This document shows, piece by piece, positions 1 through 13,700 of a stretch of 64,000 bases of DNA (position 1 is its first letter; the number at the start of each line of letters is the position of its first letter). A program made the translations under genes and the position numbers. The DNA is taken from assembly GCA_043228905.1 (NCBI GenBank), contig JBHGNT010000015.1, positions 9,362,001-9,426,000 on the forward strand, given 5' to 3'. The notes under the pieces are model-generated. The model had not been told where the DNA came from. It saw nothing but the letters and a program-made list of their open reading frames with translations, and did no database searches. The stretch comes from Azolla caroliniana. Its lineage: Eukaryota; Plantae; Polypodiophyta.

Positions 1-139
1 TTGTGGTTGGCCTGCCGGCGTCCAATTCGGCGTCGGCCCTTTGTTCAAATGGGTTCTTTGGCATAGGTCCTTTGTATGGCTTTAGTCTAAATCCGTTGAC
101 CCATTTACCCAGCACCTTGCCGGCGAGTGTTCCTAACTG

Positions 140-3100
140 TTAACACCCATTGAACCCGCGTGTGATCCAGTACGGTCTGGTCCATCTAAACCGTAGTTTG
201 CTTGGCATTTTACCCATCCGGGTCTGGAACACTAGTATCAGCTTGCCGGTTTCGAACATCTTTTCGTTTCCCTTCCGGTGACGATCTACAAACACTTTCC
301 GTCTCCGTTGTTCCAATTCCAGGTGCATAATGCTCGTCAGTTGGTGTTCTTCCAGTTCACACAGAGCCTTTAACCGAATTGCCTCCAATTCCTTTTCATT
401 GAGTTGTTCCCAAATCTAAATCCGTAAGCTCGGTACCTGGAATTCGACCGGCATGACTGCCTCTAATCTGAATGCTAACCGGAATGGCGTTGTTTGGATG
501 CTTGTTTTGTACGTTGTCCTGTAAGCCCAGAGCGCACTGTGCAACTTCATGTCCCGATCTGTCTGATTCTCATTGACGATCTTGCGCAGTATATTCTGTA
601 GCGTTTTGTTTGTTGACTCAGCTAATCCGTTGGCTTGTGGGTAGTACGGGGTGCTCCGTTTATGTACTACCGCATAGAATGACGTCAAGGTCTCCACTAC
701 CTATCCAAGAAAGTGCCCTCCTTGGTCGCTTATCAGCTCTATGGGGCATCCGTACCAGCACCAAATGCATTCGTATAAGATTTTTGCCGTTGACGCCGCG
801 GTGTTATCTCGTAAGGCTTTGGCTTCCACCCATTTAGTGCAATAGTCCGTCGCGACGATCACATACCGGTTGCCCGTTCTCATTGCCGATGGTTTAAATG
901 GTCCGACAAAATCTAGTCCCCATTTCTGAAATGGTTCGAGCGGTAGTACGGGCTGGTGCGGCATCCTAGCTTGTTCCGTTGGCTGGCCCATTTGCTGGCA
1001 TAGATCACACTCTTTTGCGTACCGGACTACGTCTTTCAATGTAGTCGGCCACCATAGGCCACTTTGCCATATCTTCCTTGCCGTAGCATCCCAGCATAAT
1101 GGCCTCCGGCAACTCCGTAGTGTGCTTCCCGTAGTATTACCTCTTTCTCGTCGTTCCACACCGCTCGTCACCATATACCGTCCGCACCTTTGTGGTATAG
1201 CGTGTCCTGTAATAAACAGAAGTGTCGGCTTTGTATTGCCAGGCGCTTCCTCTCGTCCCGGTTCATCTCCTCCGGAGGCAATCCCGTGCTCAGAAATTGG
1301 TGCATATTTGTTAGCCACTTATCTTCTGGTGCCACCGTTTCATTTGTTGCCGTTTCTGCGGTGACTCGAAATAGGTAGCATTCGGAAACTCGTCCGGTAC
1401 TCCATCGCCGGTTTCGTCAGAATCTAACCGGCTTAAATAATCTGCTACCACATGCTGTATGTCGGGTCGGTGGAATATCTCGAATTCGAATTCCTGTAAT
1501 AGCAAAGTCCACCAGGCCAACTTACCGGTAAGTGACGCTTTGGACACTAGGTAGAGGAGTGTCGAGTGATCTACATGGAAGGAAAACTTTCTTCCCAATA
1601 AATAATGCCTGTATTTTGTTACACTGGAGATCATTCCTAAAGCTTCCCTTTCCGTGGTAGAATAATTTCATTCCGCTTGGGATAGCTTCCGGCTGGCATA
1701 GTACACTGGCCGGTACCACCTTGGCTCGGTAAGCTGCATGAGCGTGCTGCCGATTGCGATGTCAGAGGCATCCACGAACACATGAAACTCTTTACTCCAA
1801 TCTGGAGGCTGCACTACCGGTGCTTGTGACGATAATACCTTTAGTGCCCGGTACGCCTTGTCTTCGATGTCTATCCATTGGAACGGTGTTCGATGTACTG
1901 CCGCATGCAGAGGTGTAGCCAAGTCCGCCAAATATCGGAGCATATGGCTATGCCAACGAATTTGTCCTAAGAAACGGCTCAATGCCTTTGTCGTTGCCGG
2001 TGCCGGTGCTTCCAGGATTGCTTTCACTTTGTTCAGATCTACGGCAATGCCTTCCTTGCTCACAATATGCCCTAGTAGCGTTCCGTTGGACACTCCAAAT
2101 ACACACTTCGTTGGATTCAGGCTTAGCCGGTACGCCCTACACTTCTCTAGACATAGTCTGAGGTGCTTCAAATGATCTTCTTCTCGGCTATAGACGGCGA
2201 AGTCGTCAAGGAACACCTGCATAAAAGCCGGTATGTATTCGCCAAAGATCTCCATGATGATCCGTTGTGTGTCTGTGGTGCCGTTTTCAGTCCGAACATC
2301 ATCACCACGGCAACAAACACTCCCCATTCGGTGACGAAAGCCGTTTTCTCTTGATCATCAAGGTGCATCCGGATCTGATTATACCTGCTGAATCTATCTA
2401 AGAAACTATAGACTTCATGGCCGGCGACGGCATCCAAAACTCCATCTGTAAACGGAAGTGGAAATGCATCCGTTACCATTGCCGCATTGAGCTTTCGGTA
2501 GTCGACACAAACTCTAATTTTGCCATTCTTCTTCGGTACGACTACGATCGGGCTCAGCCATGTAGATTTCTTTACGGGACAGATGAAGCCAACCCTCAGC
2601 AATTTGTCGATTTCCTCCTTGACTTTGGCGGTGTAGTTTGGGTTCATCCGGTACCGACGTTGTGCTACCGGCTTGGCGTCTTTGCTCAGATGTATCTGGT
2701 GCTGATACAACTGAGGATCCAGGACTCTCATATCCTCGTAAGACCAAGCAAATACGTCGTGAAACTCGTTGAGAAGTGTAATGATCACCGTTTTGTTCTT
2801 TGGTGATGTGCACCGGTTTTGCCTCCTCCGCCGTTCCTAGATTTACCTCTTCTAATTGAGACACTTTTACGCGCTGTGATACGGCCATTTCTCTTTCCAA
2901 CACCTCCTACGCTTGCCGTAACTCCCGGATTGCTTCTTTGTCCGGTTCCGCTTCGGTTCTGTCCGGTTGCAGTAAGTAGGGTGATATCGCTTCGTCGACA
3001 TTAATTTCGAATAGGGGTACAATCTTCGGGTTCTCCTGCAAGTACTGATCTTCTTCTTCATCTGCTAATCCTTCCAACATATTGACACACTCCGCATATA

Positions 3101-3881
3101 ACGGTGTCAGGTCCTTGCCGGTGCCCTTCTTTGGTTGTGTTGGTACCTGTACCTTCGCTCTTCCCCGCCGGAACGTAATCATATTCCTCCTCCAGTTCTG
3201 CTTGATGTGTGTCGTCTTTAACCAAGGACGTCCCAACAATAATGGGTACGCTCCTTGAGCCTGCAACTGGAGAACTACGGTTGAGATTCGGAATGTGTGG
3301 CCCCCGATGGTTACTTCTAAGTCCCGTATTAATCCTGCCGGTCGCACCGAGCTTGTGTCCGCCATTTGGAGCCAGAACGGACATGGCTCCCACTCTTGGA
3401 TTCCAAGAGCATCGCACGTCCGGAGACTTATTACATTAACGCCAGAGCCTCCGTCTATTATCGTGCCGGGGAGTTCTTTCCCTTTCACAATGGCAGTAAT
3501 TGCCGGACTGTTGGTGTCCACCACCACCGGTCCCTCCTCCGGATTTGAGAAGAATGTCGGAGCCGGTGGTGTTCCACCTGTCGTCATGCCGGACTTGAGT
3601 CCTTCTGTGAATCTTGGTACTAGCTGCAAGAGTCATCCTAACGACAGCGTGATCTGGCATTCCTGCAATGCCTGCCATGTCGCGTTTTCGGAATGACTGC
3701 CGTCGGCGAGCTCTTTGGTGTTCTCCTTTTGCTGCGCAAGTTCTGCTACGTTTCGCTCATTTGCCTTTTTCACCCATTCTGTTACCTGTTTCCGGATGGC
3801 CTCTTGTATCTCCCATTCCGTCGTCTTGCCCTTCGACCTTGTGGTGACCTGCTGTAGGTCTGCGACTTCGGCGACTACCAT
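140..3881 (-). pseudogene. pol: pol (PR-RT-RH-INT) of gypsy A, frameshifted
   Basis: ORF pieces 2907-3629 (PR), 1668-2788 (RT), 1311-1634 (RH) and 140-1318 (INT) carry canonical motifs. Confidence 0.92.
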
Positions 3882-3899
3882 GTTTACTGCCGGTCTCTT

Positions 3900-5432
3900 A
3901 TCATAGCTCTTTGTCGGACATTGATTACTATAATGTCCTTCTTGCCGGCAATAATAGCAATATACTTTCCGGGTATTGCTGGATTCGGCATTGTTTCCTG
4001 TACCCGGTGGAGGACCTGCGGTAACTACGGGGCTTTGGTCCGGTTGGCTACTTGAGGCGCCTTTTTCCGGTTCACGTGGGTGGCTCCTTTTTTTGAAATG
4101 CCGTTTTTTATTAAAGTTCTTTTTGTTGCAGTATCCTTGACTGGGTTGGTCGTCATATCTCCCGTAATCTGCCCGTCATTGGTGATACCCGGGGGAGTGA
4201 TCCCGGTTGTGATGCTCGTACCGTCCATTGTAATCTCGGTACTAGTCATGTCTCTTGTAGCGGTCATAGTTGTCTCGCCGATCGTCGTACTGGACATCCT
4301 GTGCCGGTCGATATCGCTCCTCTCGCTGCCAGCGTTTGTCTTCTACGTCTCGGTTGCTACGTGGCTCGATTTGCCGGACTGGTGGTGCTTGCCGATTCAA
4401 TAAGTTATATTCGCACCGATCCATCATGTGGCTCATGGAGTGGCAGAGTAAGCAATGCGTCCACATGGTGCACTCTAGTGACGAGTGTCCGGAATTTAAG
4501 CAGGTCGTGCAATAGATTGCTTGCCGGAAACGGAGATCCTCATCGGTTGGTAACGCTCGTTGGAGAGTTCCCATTGTTAGCCAAGAGCTCGTTTTTTCCA
4601 TTTCTCTAACCCGGTCGATGACTTGGTCGACGGTGCGAAAGTCGATGACCGTGCATACCGTTCGTAGAGGTTCCCGGAGTGTGGCTAAAAATATAGCCCG
4701 TGTTTCTTCCTCCGGGGGTGCGTGGGTAAGCTAACTGTGCATCCGTTGAAACCGGATGACAAACTACGGAATGCTCTCCCCGGGGTCCTGCCGGATGGAA
4801 TAAAATAGGCCCACCATTTCTCTTTGGTCCACCTCCTTCTGAAAGAAGTGCAAGAATTTATCTTTTAGCTCCGCAAAGGTGGTGATGGTGCTGGGGTCCT
4901 GCGTCCGGTGCCATCTGGCGGCCGGTCCTTCCAATGTCACGCCGAATTCGGCTATCTTAGATTGTTCCTCTTCGGCCCCGGTTAACCGTTGTGACACATG
5001 ATTCGCCTCCCACGTTTGCTGAAACGCGTGAACATGAGCCTCCGTGTCCAGGTCATCCCTATACTTGGAGTACTAGAATGGCATGTCGTCGTCCGGTATT
5101 GGTACGCGGGCTGGTGGTGTCAATGGTCTTTCCTTCTGTTTCGCCGGCGTCGGAGTTCTTTGCCAGTCTTCCCTTGGTGGTGCCGGCTCGACTTCCAGTG
5201 TCGGAGGTCTTTCTTTGTCTTCTTCCGTCTCCGGAGGTTGCTCCACGTCTAGTGTCGGAGGTTCCTGGTCTGCCAACTCTGGTTCCAATGTCGGTACTAT
5301 ATCTGACTCCTCGTCCTCCGGTCCTCCTGGGGTGTCGTTACTTCTACGATAGTTCGTGTGCGCGTTGTAACCCTCTTCCGAATCCGATTCCAGCGCTGAA
5401 AATGCTTCGGATTCGCCGTCTCTTCCGGCCAA
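3900..5432 (-). pseudogene. gag: gag of gypsy A, fragmented
   Basis: Retrotrans_gag-like segment (LEGPAARW...FAELKDKFL...IRQDPGES). CCHC-type knuckles CTTCLNSGHSSLEC, CLLCHSMSHMMDRC and CYYCRQEGHYSNQC. In-frame stops present. Confidence 0.8.
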
Positions 5433-5695
5433 GGCCTGGAGAAGGGATTCCGCTTCCCGGAGACTGCTTAGGCTGCTTCCTTCGTCCGGTTAGGCGTTTT
5501 GTTGCAGACGGAGCGACTCCTCCGCCACTTTCCGGATCACTTTGGAAAATGATCGATCCGTTCGGATTTCTTCCGCTGCTTGTTGGAAAGCCTCTCGCCA
5601 CCTTCTCCGTTCAGCAAGTCTTCGTGCTCTCTCTGTAACCAGGTCGTATGTTGGCCTAGTCATCCATTCCCGCCGTTGTTCACTGCGATTGTGCA

Positions 5696-5711
5696 GGAAT
5701 CGTGGGCGCCA
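5696..5711 (-). promoter_or_regulatory. Primer-binding site of gypsy A (non-Met tRNA type)
   Basis: TGGCGCCCACGATTCC lies 7 nt inside the LTR end. The tRNA identity was not determined. Confidence 0.7.
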
Positions 5712-5718
5712 AAAACCG

Positions 5719-6181
5719 TGTTAATCCTAGAGGCCGAACAACAACCTAACACAGGGTGTCCACTTAAGACACTTCACCAAAGGGGTGTTACGACAGGATG
5801 ACTTACGACACAACGTTTAATTAGACTTTAATTGGATACTTAGCAATCCGTAATTAACACGCGTAAGATATAACAATGAATACAGAACGGTAATCAACAC
5901 TGGCAGATTAAGACAATAAGCTCTATTAATTATCCACTCTCGATTACATTGTAACCAGGCCTTTATATAGGTCTCCGGTGCGAAATACAAAACGGTGCCA
6001 ACCAGCACCTTTTCGGGATCGGTCCAGATCCGGATCGGCATACCGATTCCGGTCCGTCCGTCCACTTCTTCTCATATATTAATATATATATTAAGACTAC
6101 TAATTACAATAGTTCCCGAATAAACTATTCCTTTCACACTCTGGTTTGGACCTCCTTAAGCCTTCTTGCCAGACGGTAACA
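5719..6181 (-). repeat. 5' LTR of gypsy A
   Basis: On the minus strand it starts TGTTAC and ends TTAACA. It contains TATATAAAG and is followed by a short spacer and a TGGCGCC PBS. Copia coding sequence resumes at 6182. The partner LTR is not in the window. Confidence 0.75.
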
Positions 6182-9100
6182 GCAACCAGATTGCTTCCTT
6201 CACTACTTCCCATGCTTCACTGCTTCCGATGCTACTATGTACTCATCTTCTGTGCTAGACAGAGTCGTGCACTCTTGAAGTTTTGACCTCCATGATATCG
6301 CACCGCCACCATAGGTGAAGATGTCGCCTTATGTCGATTTCCGATTACCTGCATTTCCGGCATAGTCGGAATAGGTGTAGGCTTTGACTTCGGCTGAGGT
6401 TGTCACTTCAAAAGTCAGCTGTGCATCCAGGGTTCCTTTTAGATACCTAAGGATGTGCTTGACGGCCTCCCAATGCTTCTTTCTTGGGTTTGACATGTAC
6501 CGGCTGACCACCCCTATGGCATAGGCTAGGTTGAGTCGGGTCGCCACCATTGCGTACATGATACTTCCTACTGCCGATGCATAGGGTATCTTTCCATTAA
6601 GTTCTCTCCCGTCAAAGGAAAGTCTCTGTCTGATCGTCCAATCGACGTCGGAGAGTTTTGGTTGTCTGATTTCGGTCTATCCTCATGCCCAGTATGTGTC
6701 GGGCTTGTCCGAGTTCCTTCATCGTGAACTTTGCGTGAAGGCTCCGCTTCAGCTTACCGATCTCTACTTGATTGCTTCCTGCAATCAACATTTCAGCGAC
6801 GTATAGGATCAGTTAGATCCTTGACTCGTCAGCCAGTTGCCGAACATACATGCATGGGTCGGAGTTTGTTCTGTTGTATCCAAGCTGTCGTATGTAGGAG
6901 TCAAACTTTTGGTACCACATTCTCGACTTGTTTTAGGCCATATAGAGTTTTCTTTAGTCGAAATACAAGGTGATTTTTCTCCCCCGTCACTGTGAAACCT
7001 GCCGGTTGAGACATGTATATGTCTTCTGCCAGATCTCCATGCAGGAATGTCGTCTTTACGTCCATTTGCTCGAGCTCTAGATCTTCTGTCGCCACGACTC
7101 CTACTAGGAGTCGGAGGCTTGTCATTTTGCCTACTGGTGAGAATATCTCGTTGTAGTCGACCTCGTATTCCTATTTGAATCCTTTCGCAACAAGCCAAGC
7201 TTTGTACTTGGGTTTCTCTGAGTCGGATACATACTTGTATCAGAAAACCCATTTGCAAGGTAGCGGCTTCCTTCTAGCTGGTAGTTCGACCAACTCCCAT
7301 GTTTGATTCTGATGAATCGAGTCAATTTTTGGATTTCATGGCTATAGCCATGTTTCCGCGTCCAGTGTGGCCATAACTTCTTCATAGGTGCTTGGTTCAC
7401 CTGCATCGGTGTAGTTGACGTAGTCGAGGCCCGGTTGGTAGAACTTTGTTTGCCTTCGAGCTCGTCCAAATCTCCTATGTGCCGAGATGTTTGGTTCGGA
7501 TCCTTCGATCAGCTCTGTTGGTCAATCGGTATTAGTTGAACCATCTGTATCAGGAGTATTGTTAGGTGTCCCGCCCCTAGATTGGGATTTCGACGGTGTC
7601 TAGTTGTCCTCCCCTGTGGTTGTTGTCAACTCTTTTCTAACTTGTCTCTTGGTGACTTTGCCTTTATCGATCCTGGTCGATTCGGGTGTGTCTTTGAGTT
7701 CGACGATAGGACTTCTTGCCGATTCGATGTTGGCAGGGAAGTTGGTAGCTTGTTGGAGTTTGACTATTTGTCGAGTCTCTGATTCGGCCTGGGATGTCGG
7801 TCCTTCTACGACAGTGTTGTCATCTTCGAAGGATACCTTCTTACCAATTGTTTTCTGTTGGTTCCACTGAGAGAAGAGAGAGTCTTCACTAAAGACTACG
7901 TCGGTGCTCCGGATCAATTTCCAGTTCGAAGGGTCCCATAGCCGGTAGCCGAAGTCCCCATCGGTTCCATAACCGAGAAATATGCACTTTGTTGCATGGG
8001 GTGCCAACTTCATCCTTTTGTCCCTGGGGATGAATGCGTAGATTTCGCATCCGAATATACGGAGCCTATTGTAGGTCGGTTGTTTGCCTAACCATAGTGC
8101 ATGTGGCACATTGAGCCTGATTGCTCTTGACGGCGCCAAATTGATCAGGTACACTGCCGTCTGCAAAGCCTCGGCCCAGAATTCCAGGTTCAGTCCGGCT
8201 TGCTGGAGCATTGCTGTCACCCTCTCCTGGATCATCCTGTTGATCCTTTCTACCACTCCATTTTGCATTGGTGTGTAGGGAATGGTCTTTTGGTGTCAGA
8301 TCCCTTTTCCGGACATGTACTATTTAAAGGCTCTAGAGGTGTATTCACCTCCGTTGTCGGATCAGAGTGTCTTCACTCGGTATCCCGACCGGTTCTCCAG
8401 TTTAGATATCCATTAAGTGAAGAACTCTAGCGCTTCACTTTGGACTTGATGGAGTATGCCCTGACTTTCCACATACAATCATCTACGAATGTGATGAAGT
8501 ATCGGGAGCCTCCTAGTGATCGCTCTGGCATGGGCTCACATATGTCTGTGTGCACGAGCTCTAGGGGCTGTCGTACCAACTCGTAGTGGAGAGAGTGCGG
8601 ACTTCGGGTCTGTTTCCCATATCGACAATGCTTGCAAAAGTTTGTCTTTGCCTGGAGTTTTGGGATGTAGTCGACTGACATCAGCCGATCAAGTCCGGCT
8701 TGAGACATGTGGCCAAGTCGGCCATGCCATAGGTTCGGGTCGGTTTTCTAGGCTACATTCATGTCCCCTTCAGGGTTGATCACCATCAATGGGTATAGAT
8801 TACTATACTTGTGCCCACTACTGATTTTGAGGTTTCCTCGGTTGATCACCCATGTCGACTCGTGTAGAGTCGTTCGATACTCTTCTTCGGCTAACATGCC
8901 GATGGAGACCAGACTCCTCTTTAGATCGAGTACGTGCCGAACTCGGTGCAGGGTTATTGTGTTGCCATTTGGCAATCTGATGGGAACCTCCCTAGTTCCG
9001 GCTATCTTGCATTCCTGCCCATTTCCTAGTCGGACTATGTTGCTGGCGTCAGCTGAATAGTTCGAGAACCATTCAATGTTGGGCGTCACGTGAAATGTGG

Positions 9101-9995
9101 CGCCAGAGTCTAGTAGCCATGTACGTGCAACTTGTGCACCGTAGAGGACTTCTCCGATCATTGAGTCCTCTAAGGAGAGGATTTCTCCAGATCGGGTGTC
9201 GGCAACGTTGATCTGGTTGTGGACTGGAGAGAGGTTCGAGTTGGAATGTCCCCGATTCCACTCGGATCGCCAAACGCTCTCTTTTCTTTTTAATGACCAG
9301 CAGTCGGAAACATTGTGACCAGCTTTCCTGCAATGTGTGCAGTACTCGCGTGATCGGCCCGTTTTCAACTTCGACCGTTGTCGGTCACCCCTTGTTTTCA
9401 ATCGGTTGTAGCGTCGATCAGTTCTGTCGGCTTGTTCTTTCGTTTGACTTTGTTGGTCAAACAACTCGGTCGAGTGATGGGCTTCTGCCGACTCATCAAA
9501 GGTTAGTCCCATCGATTTTCGCCTGATATCCTCTGTGAGGACTTGGCCAATTGTTTCGTCCAAGTTTAGGATTGATCGGCTATTGGCATATGTCGTGTAG
9601 AATACCTCCCAACTCGTCGGCAAGCTCAATAGGACGGCAAGGGCTTTCACTTCTTCTTCGAAGTTGATCCCTTGTGACGAGAGCTCAAACAACACCCGAC
9701 TGAAGGTGTTGACGTGGGAGGTTTCCAGATCGGTCCCTCTCATCTTCATGTTGAACAGTTTTTTGATCAAAATCAGTTTCGAAGATGAGAACTTCTTTTC
9801 ATAAACAGCTTGTAGCTTCTCCCACAATGAGAACGTTGTCATCTTTTTCGCCATGCTGAAATAGACGTTTTCGGCCAGATGCATTCGGATGGTGGAGCAT
9901 GCGATTTCGTTCGTTGATCTCCACTCCTCGGTTGTCATTGAAGCAGGTTTTTCACTGTGCCAAATGGCTTCGACCTGTCTTTGAATGATCAGCAC
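6182..9995 (-). pseudogene. gag-pol of copia B
   Basis: Copia domain order gag-PR-INT-RT-RH, with many stops, frameshifts and internal deletions in RT. Confidence 0.9.
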
Positions 9996-10165
9996 ATCCT
10001 ACATCATCTCCTTCCACAAGGCAAAGTTTTTGCCGTCAAATTTGCTGATTTCAACTCCTAATCCGGATGTTGCAGCCATATTCTGTTTGTGAACTTGAGA
10101 TTTCTGACCTGGACTTTTCTTTCAGCTTCTTCTGTTTGTCTATTGCCGTCGAACAACAAACATTC

Positions 10166-10177
10166 GCTCTGATACCA
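10166..10177 (-). promoter_or_regulatory. tRNA-iMet PBS of copia B
   Basis: TGGTATCAGAGC on the minus strand, 2 nt from the LTR end ...CCAACA. Confidence 0.85.
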
Positions 10178-10319
10178 GTTGTTGGTAACGAGTGCGGTTT
10201 GCGGAAACGTGTGTGGATCTGTTGTTGGTTCTGAACAACAAACAACGCAGACAGAAAAAATAGAATGGGCGTGGGCTTACATAGTGCAAGCTCTAATGGA
10301 AAGCTTTATTGCTTCATTT

Positions 10320-10653
10320 TGTTGAGCGGCAAGCTCAACCGGATCCGGATCGGTTGAATAAGCCTGAGCCGGATCGGTGAGTCGGTGAGCAAGTGGGCCT
10401 GTGAGCAAGTGAGTTAGTTAGCCGGATCCATCAGTAACCAGAACCCTACTAGCAATCGAGGCTACTAGGTAGTTAATGTCTCGTAGTTAGTGTCAGACAC
10501 TCGTGTGAGCATTGAAGTACACCATACTTTTGTCAGTCCCTATGGACTTGTATAAAAGTGTTCACTGAACACATACGATGTACAAAGTATTACAAAGAAC
10601 TATTATTGTTTTGTAATAGATTTTTAACTTGCTTCTACACGCTATTCTTTACA
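10320..10653 (+). repeat. 5' LTR of copia C
   Basis: Direct repeat of 15449-15789, TG...CA, followed by the PBS. Confidence 0.92.
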
Positions 10654-10736
10654 TGGTATCAGAGTGCGAGGGTTGAGAACCTCTATAGCCGACATAGCTT
10701 GAAAGGAAAACCAACCAAGAAGAACAGGTAAAACTG

Positions 10737-13700
10737 ATGGATAGAGGCACAGCTAGCTCGCTTCCGACGGAGAAGCTCAACAGAAACAACTATGCGTCTT
10801 GGTCCTACAAGATGCACCAGTACCTGCTCGGGCACGGTTACTGCAACTATGTCGACGGAGCAAATGACACAACACCCGAATCGACACACAGAGATTTCCC
10901 TGCGTGGGAACAGTCGGCGAGCAGAGTATTGTGTTGCTCCACGTCGTGTGGGGGCGAACAACTCCTAAGCTACATTCGGGATGCAAGAATGCTGAAAGAT
11001 GCTTGGGGAAATCTGAAGAAAATTTTCGCCACAAGCACTACAGCCAGGAAGGTTCAACTCCGACAGGAGCTGAGCAACCTACGACAACGCGACTTGTCGA
11101 TGGCAGACTACGCCTCCAAAATCAAGGACATTTGCGACTCTCTGGCCTCCATCGATGTGCAAATCTGTCTCGGAGGTTTCGCGTCGAAGTTCGAAGCGTT
11201 CCGAACTGTTGTGTATACAAGGGAGAATACGCCGTCATTTTTCGACTTACAGTCGATGCTCCTTGTAGAGGAGAACCACGCCAGTGTGTCAATAAGTGCA
11301 CCCACCGACAGCCGGATGTTGTACACGTAGGCGGATCGGCCCTGTGGGCATGGTAGACGAGGCGGCTCGGCTCACAATGGTAGCGGCCGGCAAGAGCGGG
11401 ACCGAAGGCACAGAGAACGTGCCGACAACAGTTCCAGGCCCTCCACAAGTAGGGGGAGTCAAGGTGGCGTCGAAGGCCGGCAAGCAAAGGCCGACACGGA
11501 AAGCTGGTACTAGGGTAAAAAGGGCCATAAAGAAAGCGAGTGCTGGAAGAAGTTTGCCGATTCAGACAGATCCGGATCCGGCAAGGCCAGTAGAGAGAAT
11601 CGGCAACACTCGCACTACGCAGAAGGATCGGGAGGATCCAAAACCGGAAAAGTCGATAAAGCGCCAGTCTTGGTGATGAAACACGAGGCTAACTCGATGA
11701 AGAAAACCATTTCCAAATCAGAGGAAGTCTGGTACGTTGATTCAGGTGCGTCGAATCACATGACAAGCCACAAAGAGTGGTTCTCTTTCTTGGAGAAACC
11801 GGAACAACCGAGAGTCGTCGAAACCGGAGATGACACTCCTCACCCAATTTTGCATGTCGGAGAAGTCCCTTTGAGCCACGTTGGACATATGGGGAAGCTT
11901 ATGAACGTATTACACGTTCCGACTATCATGAAGAACCTGGTGTCAGTCGGTCAGATCGTTGACCAGGGGATGCAGGTGCGGTTTACGCTTTAGTGCTTCA
12001 CAGAGGAAGAGGGCCAGATTATTGCGCAAGGGCGCCGAGATGGGAGGATGTTCATCCTCGACACCAATGACGTTGGCACCGCTTTGTTCACCAAAGGACA
12101 AAAGATTGAATTAGATATTGATCTCTGGCACAAGTTCAATAGCTGGAAGGCCCAAATATGTGAACCATGCCAACTTGGGAAGCAACACCGGCTTCCATTC
12201 GCACCGAACGAAACCATCGTCGTAACAAACTCGACCTTATTCATTCGGATGTATGGGGACCGACACAGAACGTTATTCTTGGCGGGAGTCGATACTTCAT
12301 CTCCTTCATTGACGACTACGGCCGGCACACATGGATCTACCTCATTGAACGGAAGAACAAAGTCTTCGAGTGTTTCCGGAACCTGCAAAGCTTGGTTGAA
12401 CAGGAAACGGAGAGGAAGATCAAGTGCCTGCGATCATATGGCGGAACAGAATATTTTTCCAGCCAATTCAACAATTATCTGCAACAAAAAGGAATTCAGA
12501 GAGAGTTCAACTGCATATACACACCGGAGCAAAATGGTGTGGCCGAAAGGAAGAACCGGACGATTGTCGATGGGGCAAGGGCAATGCTGGAGGAGAAGAG
12601 CATGCCCCATTTCTATTGGGCTGAGGCGGTCCGAAAGAACGTCTAAATCCAAAACCGGATCGGTGACAAGGTGTCTGCGCATGAGTTGTATTTCGGGCGC
12701 AAGCCTAATTTGAGACACCTTCGGACATTTGGTAGCATTGCATATGTGCATGTGCCAGGTGAGAAGCGGAGGAAGTTGGATGCAAAGTCAGAGAAATGCA
12801 TCCTGGTCAGTTACTCGCATGAGCAAAAGGGGCATAAGTGTTATAACCCCCGGACAAAGCAGGTCCGAGTTAGCCGGGATGTTGAGTTTGATGAGACGGC
12901 ATCATGGTATGCCTTACCGGCTCCGACTTCTGACCCCGACCCGATACCGGAAGATGAGGTTAGTGACCCCGAGGAGGTTCAAGTAGAAGATGAAAACTTC
13001 GGCAGTCTAGACGAGAGTTCGATCTCATTACGGCTAAGTGGACCGAATGAGCGGTTGCGTCGGGATTACCAGTCGAATGAGGAACCGGCGAGTAATGGAG
13101 ACTGTGTCGTGCTCTCCCCGCGCAAGGAACCGAGGAGATGGTTCACGCGCAAAGAGAAGGGGAAGAAGAAGATGTTGGAATACGAAACCGGCAACGTTGA
13201 GATGGATCGGAGCGAATCTGATTCCGGAAAGAATGAAGGTGGATCTTCGAGAATGAAGTCTGAACCGGCCAAGAAGGGCCTCAAACCGGGTAACGATAAG
13301 TTACGTCGATCTTCCCGCCAGAAGAACCCCGTGAAGCGGTATGGGTACAATGAGTACATGGCGCATCACTATGCGTACATGACCAAGGTGGCGGAAGTGC
13401 ATGAGCCGGAGAACAACGTAGACGCGGCAAGAGACGCAAATTGGCGTGCCGTTATGGAGGAAGAAATGGGGGCACTTGATGCCAACGACACATGGGACCT
13501 AGTTGACCCTCTCTGACACTGTAAACCGATCGGATGTAAGTGGGTGTACAAGTTAAAGTACAATGTTGATGGTTCGGTTAACCAGTACAAGGCCCGGTTG
13601 GTGGCGAAGGGATACTCGCAAACCCAAGGAATCGACTACGACGAAACCTTCGCTCTGGTAGCGAAGATGACTACGGTTCGTGTGATGCTAGCAGTTGCTG

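Larger units (their letters stand above)
1..6181 (-). mobile_element. Ty3/gypsy LTR retrotransposon A (non-chromovirus-like), degenerate, 3' end outside window
   Basis: Minus-strand order is LTR, PBS, gag, protease (IIDGGSG), RT (RVCVDYRKLN, FLDDF), RNase H (VDAS), integrase (KWGLDFVGP, PQANGLAE). It is inserted in the RNase H region of copia B at 6182. Confidence 0.93.

Noticed and set aside
4991-5638. Long antisense ORFs over retroelement coding regions (also 45169-45696, 49809-50297)
   Set aside because: Shadow frames of GC-rich gag/pol with no recognisable motifs.
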